From NCBI RefSeq assembly GCF_019464535.1, contig NZ_CP080507.1, positions 2,040,001-2,072,000 on the forward strand: DNA of 32,000 bases, written 5' to 3'. Position 1 is the stretch's first letter. Every line of letters starts with the position of its first letter. Both the position numbers and the translations under genes were made by a program. The notes below the pieces were generated by a model. The model ran no database searches, was not told the origin of the DNA, and was given only the letters and a program-made list of their open reading frames with translations. Positions 26,446-32,000 of this stretch are shown here, piece after piece. Source of the stretch: Horticoccus luteus (GTDB lineage: Bacteria; Verrucomicrobiota; Verrucomicrobiia; Opitutales; Opitutaceae).

Positions 26446-28875
26446 ATGCTCGCCGCGCTGCGCTTCGCCCTTCGCCAACTCGCGAAGTCGCCCGGCTTCG
26501 CGATCGTCGCCGTGCTCACTCTCGGCGTCGGCATCGGCGCAGTGACGGTCGCGTTCTCCGCGGTCAACGCGGTTTTGCTCAAACCGTTTCCCTACATCCG
26601 GCACCAGGAGCGGATGCTGTATTTCAACGAACTCGATCACAGCCGCGGCCTCTCCGACATCGGCATTTGCTACGCCGACTTTCTCGATCTCCAGCATCGG
26701 ATGACCACCCTCGACGGTCTCTGGGTCCGCACCGATCGCACCGTCATTCTCTCCGGCGCCGATGAACCCGAACGGCTCCTCGGCACCGGCGTGAGTTGGG
26801 ACGCTTTTAAGCACATGGGCGTCGCCCCCTTCATCGGCCGCGACTTCCTCCCGTCCGACGCCCAACCGGATAGTCCCGAGGTCGCGTTGCTCAGCTACGG
26901 ACTTTGGCAACGCCGCTTCGGAGGCGATCGCGACATCATCAACACCACCGTCACGCTCAACGGCAAACCCGCGCAGATCATCGGCGTGATGCCGCGCGGC
27001 TGGGCTTACCCGGATAACTCCGCGCTCTGGAGCGTCTATCGTCCCGAACCCGCGCAACTCACCGACCGCGCCAACTTTTTTCTCGACGGTCACGCCATGA
27101 TGAAACCCGGCGTGACCCTCGCCCAAGTCCAGGCTGAAGCTGACACCGTCATGGGCGCGATCGCGCGCGAACATCCCGTGACCAACGGCAATGTCGGCGT
27201 CTCCTTTCGCGACGTGCGCGAACAAGCCACCGCCGACACCCGCCCGCAGCTCCTCCTTTTTCTCGGCGCGGTGTCGTTCGTCTTCCTCATCGCCTGCCTC
27301 AACGTCGCCAACCTCGTGCTCGCGCGCCTGGTCACCCGCACCAAGGAAATCGCCATCCGCCTCGCCCTCGGCGCCACGCGCCGGCAGCTCATCGGCCAAT
27401 TCTGCGTCGAAGGCCTCGTCCTCGCGTTTCTGGGCGGCAGCGCGGGGCTCCTCCTGGCCTTGTGGGGCGCGGACGCCATGTGGCTCGGTGTCAAGACCGA
27501 CATCCCCTTCTGGTTGCAACGCGGCTTCGACCTTCGCGTGTATGCCGTCGTCGTCGCGCTCGGTTTGATCGCGGCGTTGTTCTTCGGCATCCTCCCCCTC
27601 TGGCAGGCCGCGCGGCCCGACCTCACGCGCGAATTAAAAGAAAGCGGCCGCGGCGCCGGCGACGGTGGTCCCGCCGGCCACCGTTTACGCCAAAGCCTCG
27701 TCATCGTCGAAGTCGCCCTCGCCCTCGTCCTCCTCGTCGGCGCCGGCCTCATGATGCGCAGCTTCGGAAAACTGCGGGACATCGCTCTCGGTTTCGACGC
27801 CCGCCAAGTTCTCACGTTTCGCGTCGGCCTGCCGCCCACGATGGCGCCCGACGACACCGCCTCGCTCAACCTCTTTCGCGCCCTCCTGCCCCGCCTCCAA
27901 ACCGTCCCCGGCGTGCAATCCGCCAGCGCCGCCACCGTCGTTCCGCTCACCCACGACAACAGCATCAACGCCCTCGTCATCGAAGGGGAAGCCGAGCCGC
28001 GCACCCTGAGCGAGGCCGCCCTCGGCCAGCAACGCGCCGTGATGCACGACTTTTTCCAAACGATGCGCATTCCGCTGCTCCTCGGTCGCCGCTTTCAAGC
28101 CGGTGTTGACCGGCCCGATTCGCCGCCCACCGCGATCGTGGACGAAGCGTTTGCCTTGCAGCACTACGGCAGTCTGACCAAGGCCCTCGGCCGGCGCTTC
28201 CGCACCTTCACGCCCGCTGCGGATCAGAAGGCGCCATGGCGGACCATTGTCGGCGTCGTGGGCAACACCCGCCTCCGCCTCGCTGGTCCCGATCCGCAGC
28301 CCACGTTCTACGTCCCCTTCGAGCAGCAACCGAGCAATTTCATGACGGTCGTCCTCCGCACCGCGGCCAATCCGGCCAGCCTCCTCCCCGCTGTGCGTTC
28401 GGCCGTGTCCGCCGTGAATAAAGACATGCCGATCTACAACGCGTATTCGATGGAAGCCCTCTTCCAACGCGACGCGTGGGCGCAGGCGTTCTTCGGCGGG
28501 CTCTTCACCACGGCCGGCATCATCGCGCTCTTCCTCGCGAGCATCGGCGTTTACGGCGTCATGTCCTACGCGGTCGCACAACGCACCGCCGAGATCGGCG
28601 TGCGCATGGCCCTCGGCGCCCAGCCCGGCCGCGTCGTGCGCCTGATGCTCGGTCGCGGCGTGCGGCTGGTGGCCGCCGGCTTGCTCATCGGGTTCGTCGG
28701 CTCCTGGTTCGCCGCGCAACTCTTGACGGGCTTCCTCTACGGCGTGTCGCCGCACGATCCGCCGACCTTCGCCGCCGTGCCCGTGCTCCTCGCCGCCATC
28801 GCACTTTTCGCGTGTTACGTGCCCGCGCGCCGCGCCACCCGCATCGATCCGCTCACCGCGCTGCGCGCCGAATAA
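26446..28875 (+). CDS. Duplicated FtsX/MacB-type ABC permease (ADOP-like, two MacB_PCD + FtsX halves in one chain), paralogue 1
   Basis: 809 aa. ADOP-type N-terminus MLAALRFALRQLAKSPGFAIVAVLTLGVGIGAVTVAF. Two FtsX modules (CLNVANLVLARLVTRTKEIAIRLALGATRRQL and GVYGVMSYAVAQRTAEIGVRMALGAQPGRV). C-terminus ARRATRIDPLTALRAE. Confidence 0.9.
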   Translation: MLAALRFALRQLAKSPGFAIVAVLTLGVGIGAVTVAFSAVNAVLLKPFPYIRHQERMLYFNELDHSRGLSDIGICYADFLDLQHRMTTLDGLWVRTDRTVILSGADEPERLLGTGVSWDAFKHMGVAPFIGRDFLPSDAQPDSPEVALLSYGLWQRRFGGDRDIINTTVTLNGKPAQIIGVMPRGWAYPDNSALWSVYRPEPAQLTDRANFFLDGHAMMKPGVTLAQVQAEADTVMGAIAREHPVTNGNVGVSFRDVREQATADTRPQLLLFLGAVSFVFLIACLNVANLVLARLVTRTKEIAIRLALGATRRQLIGQFCVEGLVLAFLGGSAGLLLALWGADAMWLGVKTDIPFWLQRGFDLRVYAVVVALGLIAALFFGILPLWQAARPDLTRELKESGRGAGDGGPAGHRLRQSLVIVEVALALVLLVGAGLMMRSFGKLRDIALGFDARQVLTFRVGLPPTMAPDDTASLNLFRALLPRLQTVPGVQSASAATVVPLTHDNSINALVIEGEAEPRTLSEAALGQQRAVMHDFFQTMRIPLLLGRRFQAGVDRPDSPPTAIVDEAFALQHYGSLTKALGRRFRTFTPAADQKAPWRTIVGVVGNTRLRLAGPDPQPTFYVPFEQQPSNFMTVVLRTAANPASLLPAVRSAVSAVNKDMPIYNAYSMEALFQRDAWAQAFFGGLFTTAGIIALFLASIGVYGVMSYAVAQRTAEIGVRMALGAQPGRVVRLMLGRGVRLVAAGLLIGFVGSWFAAQLLTGFLYGVSPHDPPTFAAVPVLLAAIALFACYVPARRATRIDPLTALRAE

Positions 28876-28956
28876 CCCGCACTCCTCGCCCACCGTCGAC
28901 CTGTTTCTCCCTCCGTTCGCCGCTCTCAGTCGCTCCCCATCTTCGTCTTCTACTCC

Positions 28957-31554
28957 ATGCTCTCCGACTTCCGCTTCGCCCTCCGCACGCTCGGCAAGAC
29001 CCCCGGCTTCACCGTCGCCGCCGTCATCGTGCTCGCTCTCGGCATCGGCGCCAACTCCGCCATCTTCAGCATCGTCAACGCGCTTCTCTTCGCTCCGCCG
29101 TCCTATGCGCACCCGGCCGCCGTCGTCCAAGTTTTTTCGCAGGACAAAAAGAACCCCACGTCCTACCGCGCCTTCTCCTATCCGACCTACCGCGACATTC
29201 GCGAAAAGAACTCCGTGTTCACCGATGTCTTCGCGCACAACCTCACGCTGATCGGCATCGGCGAAAAAGACCACGCCCGCCGGGCGCTGGCCGAGCTCGT
29301 CTCCTCCAACTATTTCTCGGTGCTCGGCGTCGCCCCGGTTCAAGGCCGCGCCTTCCTGCCCGACGAGGAACGCCCCGGCAGCGCCCCTGCCGTCGCTATC
29401 GCCAGTTATCCTTACTGGCAGCAACGCGGCTTCGATCCCGCCCTGGTTGGCTCGACCGTTTTGATCAGCGGCCGCCCCTACACCATCGTCGGCATCGCCC
29501 CCGAAAACTTCACCGGCACGATGCAGCTTTTCTCCCCGTCGTTCTGGCTGCCGCTCGGCGATTACGACCGTATAGTCAACGACACGCTCGCCGACGAACA
29601 GCGGGCGCTCGCCCTCCGCTCCACCCACGACCTCATGATCGTCGGCCGCCTCAAGCCCGGCCTCACCGGCGCCACCGCTCTCCCTGCGCTCGCGACCCTC
29701 GCCGCCAACCTCGAACACGCGTTCCCCGTCGAACAGAAAGACCAGACGTTCACCACGGCCCCGCTCTCGCGCCTCTCCACCAGCGAGACGCCCAACGATG
29801 GCGATGGCGATATCGCCACGCTCGGCGCGCTCCTCCTCGGCATGTCTGCCGTCGTGCTCCTCGTCGCCTGCCTCAACCTCGCCAACATGCTCCTCGCGCG
29901 CGGCACCGCCCGCCGCAAAGAGATCGCCATCCGCCTCGCCCTCGGCGCCGGCCGTGCCCGCATCATCCGCCAACTGCTCCTCGAAGGCTTCGTCCTCGCG
30001 GTCATGGGCGGGGTCGTCGGCCTGGTGCTCGCTCTCTGGTCCGCCGATCTCCTCGTCGCCTCGCTGTTGCGCTTCATGCCCTTCGACCTCGTCTGGCCGT
30101 CCGGCCTCAGCCCCGTCGTGCTGGGCGCCACGTTTCTCTTCTGCGTGTTCGGCACCCTCCTCTTCGCGCTCGGGCCGGCGTTGAAGCTCTCCCGCGGCAA
30201 CGTCCTCACCGACCTCAAGGAACAAGCCGGCGAGGACGTCGCCCCGCGCCGCTGGAAATATTTTCCGCGCCATCCCTTGGTCGTCGTGCAGATCGCGCTC
30301 TCCCTCGCGCTCCTCACCGCCGCCGCCCTTTTCATCCGTGGCGCCGGCAAAGCCGCCAACGTCGACACCGGCCTCGACGTCCAACGCACCTGGCTCGTGC
30401 AGGTCGACGCCAGTCTCGCCGGCCAGAATCCCGTCCGCTCCCGCGAACTCTACCACGAGCTCAATGCCCGCCTCGCCGCCCTTCCCGGCGTCGAAAGTGC
30501 CAGCGTTTCCTCCCTCATTCCTTTCGGCATGGTCTCGAAAAGCAAAAAGATCTCGCGCGCCGGGCTCTATCCCGCGGCCGACGCCAAACCTTCCACCGCC
30601 GCCGAGGGCCTCGCCTACTTCGCCAGTTGGAACAGCGTCGGCGCCGACTACTTCAAGTCGGTGGGACTCCCTCTCCTCCGGGGCCGGCCTTTCACCGCGG
30701 CTGAGGCCACCCAGCCCGGCGGCCCGGCGGTGGCGATCATCGATGAATCGCTCGCCCGCAAACTCTGGCCCGATGGCAACGCGCTCGGCCAGCAACTCCA
30801 ATACGCCGCCACGCACGCTCCCGCCGCCAAAAACTCTGGCGAGGGTGGTGGCATCAACATGAGCACCACCGCCGATTCCGGTGAAATCAAAGCCGGTGAA
30901 CCTATCCAAGTCGTCGGCATCGTCCCCTCCACCCGTCACGCCCTCTTCGAGAAGGAGGTCGGCAGCAGCATCTACCTGCCCTACAGCCGAGGCTTCCAAA
31001 GCGACGTCCATTTCCTCGTGCGTTTCGCCACGCTCCCCACGGATGCCAACGCCACCACCGCCCTCCTCCGCCGCACCGTGCGCGAATTCGATGCCACGCT
31101 GCCCGTGCTCGCCATCAAATCCTTCCCGCAGCACCTCGACGGCAACATTCAGATCTGGGTCGTTCGCGCCGGGGCCGCCCTCTTCTCCGTATTCGGCGGC
31201 CTCGCCCTCGGCCTGGCTGTCGTCGGCATTTACGGCGTGAAAGCCTACGCCGTCGCCCGCCGCACCCGCGAGATCGGCATCCGCATGGCCCTCGGCGCCC
31301 AACCCGCAGTCGTCCTGAAAATGATTCTTCGCGAGGCCACGCTCATGCTCGCGTGCGGTCTCCTCCTCGGCGTCCTCCTCGCGTTCGGCACCGGCCAGCT
31401 CGTCAGCAGCCTCCTTTACCACGTCAGCGCCACCGACCCGATCGCGTTCACCGTGGCGCCGGTCGTCCTCGCCCTCGCCGCCTTCGTCGCCGCTTGGATT
31501 CCCGCCCGCCGCGCCACCCGCATCAACCCGCTCACCGCCCTCCGCTCCGAATAA
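28957..31554 (+). CDS. Duplicated FtsX/MacB-type ABC permease (ADOP-like), paralogue 2
   Basis: 865 aa. [44 protein letters not shown]. FtsX modules CLNLANMLLARGTARRKEIAIRLALGAGRARI and GIYGVKAYAVARRTREIGIRMALGAQPAVV. C-terminus ARRATRINPLTALRSE. Confidence 0.9.
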   Translation: MLSDFRFALRTLGKTPGFTVAAVIVLALGIGANSAIFSIVNALLFAPPSYAHPAAVVQVFSQDKKNPTSYRAFSYPTYRDIREKNSVFTDVFAHNLTLIGIGEKDHARRALAELVSSNYFSVLGVAPVQGRAFLPDEERPGSAPAVAIASYPYWQQRGFDPALVGSTVLISGRPYTIVGIAPENFTGTMQLFSPSFWLPLGDYDRIVNDTLADEQRALALRSTHDLMIVGRLKPGLTGATALPALATLAANLEHAFPVEQKDQTFTTAPLSRLSTSETPNDGDGDIATLGALLLGMSAVVLLVACLNLANMLLARGTARRKEIAIRLALGAGRARIIRQLLLEGFVLAVMGGVVGLVLALWSADLLVASLLRFMPFDLVWPSGLSPVVLGATFLFCVFGTLLFALGPALKLSRGNVLTDLKEQAGEDVAPRRWKYFPRHPLVVVQIALSLALLTAAALFIRGAGKAANVDTGLDVQRTWLVQVDASLAGQNPVRSRELYHELNARLAALPGVESASVSSLIPFGMVSKSKKISRAGLYPAADAKPSTAAEGLAYFASWNSVGADYFKSVGLPLLRGRPFTAAEATQPGGPAVAIIDESLARKLWPDGNALGQQLQYAATHAPAAKNSGEGGGINMSTTADSGEIKAGEPIQVVGIVPSTRHALFEKEVGSSIYLPYSRGFQSDVHFLVRFATLPTDANATTALLRRTVREFDATLPVLAIKSFPQHLDGNIQIWVVRAGAALFSVFGGLALGLAVVGIYGVKAYAVARRTREIGIRMALGAQPAVVLKMILREATLMLACGLLLGVLLAFGTGQLVSSLLYHVSATDPIAFTVAPVVLALAAFVAAWIPARRATRINPLTALRSE

Positions 31555-31692
31555 TCCACCGCGCGCGTCCGTCCAAAATCGTTCGCTTCGTTCGTTCTCT
31601 TTTCACCACCTGGTTTCTTCGCGCTGCTTCGAGCCACCTTCGTTCGCTCCCGCGCGCGTCTCATCATCCCGTCGCCCAATCCTGTTTTTCCC

Positions 31693-32000
31693 ATGCTCGC
31701 TGATTTCCGCGCCGCCGTCCGCCAGCTCGCCAAGTGCCCCGGCTTCACCGCCGTCGCCGTCCTCACCCTCGCGCTCTGCATCGGAGCCAACAGCGCCATT
31801 TTCTCGGTTCTCAACGCGATCCTCCTCAAGCCCTACCCGTGGCCCGAATCCGAGCAGCTCGTTTACGCCAACAACACCTACCCGCTCATGGGTCTGCCCG
31901 ACGCCGGCGTGTCGATTCCCGACTACCTCGACCGCCGCACCGCGAAATCCTTCGTCGACGGCGCGATCTATTCCGGCACCTCCGTCAATCTCGCCGCCGA
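31693..32000 (+). CDS. Duplicated FtsX/MacB-type ABC permease (ADOP-like), paralogue 3; 3' end outside the window
   Basis: ATG 31693 opens [50 protein letters not shown]..., the same N-terminal signature as the two upstream paralogues. The frame is open to the window end. It is not in the ORF track because no stop is reached. Confidence 0.85.
   Translation, partial: MLADFRAAVRQLAKCPGFTAVAVLTLALCIGANSAIFSVLNAILLKPYPWPESEQLVYANNTYPLMGLPDAGVSIPDYLDRRTAKSFVDGAIYSGTSVNLAA

Noticed and set aside
23992-27519. Long - strand ORFs 23992-25398, 25326-26264 and 26218-27519
   Set aside because: Antisense to the adaptor, ABC ATPase and permease genes, with no motifs. These are GC-driven open frames.
27685-31422. 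1245-aa ORF on the - strand, the longest in the track
   Set aside because: It is antisense to two well-supported ADOP permease genes. The translation is Gly/Ala/Glu/Arg-rich low-complexity sequence with no motifs. This is the typical stop-codon-poor antisense frame of high-GC coding DNA.

Overview
GC-rich (about two-thirds G+C by eye), gene-dense bacterial chromosomal segment. I recognised no rRNA, tRNA, CRISPR array, transposase or integrase. It falls into three blocks. (1) nt 1-8563, + strand: a tightly packed chemosensory operon, cheA (5' partial)-cheW-soluble MCP-cheR-cheB-cheY-cheC-like-PAS/GAF histidine kinase. The last five junctions are 4-nt start/stop overlaps. (2) nt 8624-16122: a large DEAD/DEAH (DUF3516-like) helicase on the - strand, then a compositionally patchy restriction-modification island on the + strand. 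The island holds an N-terminal hsdR remnant, a nuclease-domain/N6-adenine methyltransferase fusion, and a two-TRD specificity subunit whose frame has no ATG/GTG start and is reachable from the methylase frame through a T7 tract. It ends with a truncated rhuM and a possible SNase-like fragment. (3) nt 16123-32000: small membrane protein, LMW-PTP-like protein, group III truncated haemoglobin, uvrB, HAD hydrolase, TM-coiled-coil protein, glutamate dehydrogenase and an ArsB/NhaD-type transporter. These are followed by a MacA-like adaptor, an ABC ATPase and three tandem duplicated FtsX-type (ADOP-like) permeases, preceded by a consensus sigma-54 -24/-12 element. ADOP-type permeases plus the composition suggest Verrucomicrobia (Opitutaceae-like) or Acidobacteria, but this is inference only. 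Many long ORFs in the supplied track are antisense or off-frame artefacts of high GC and were not called.
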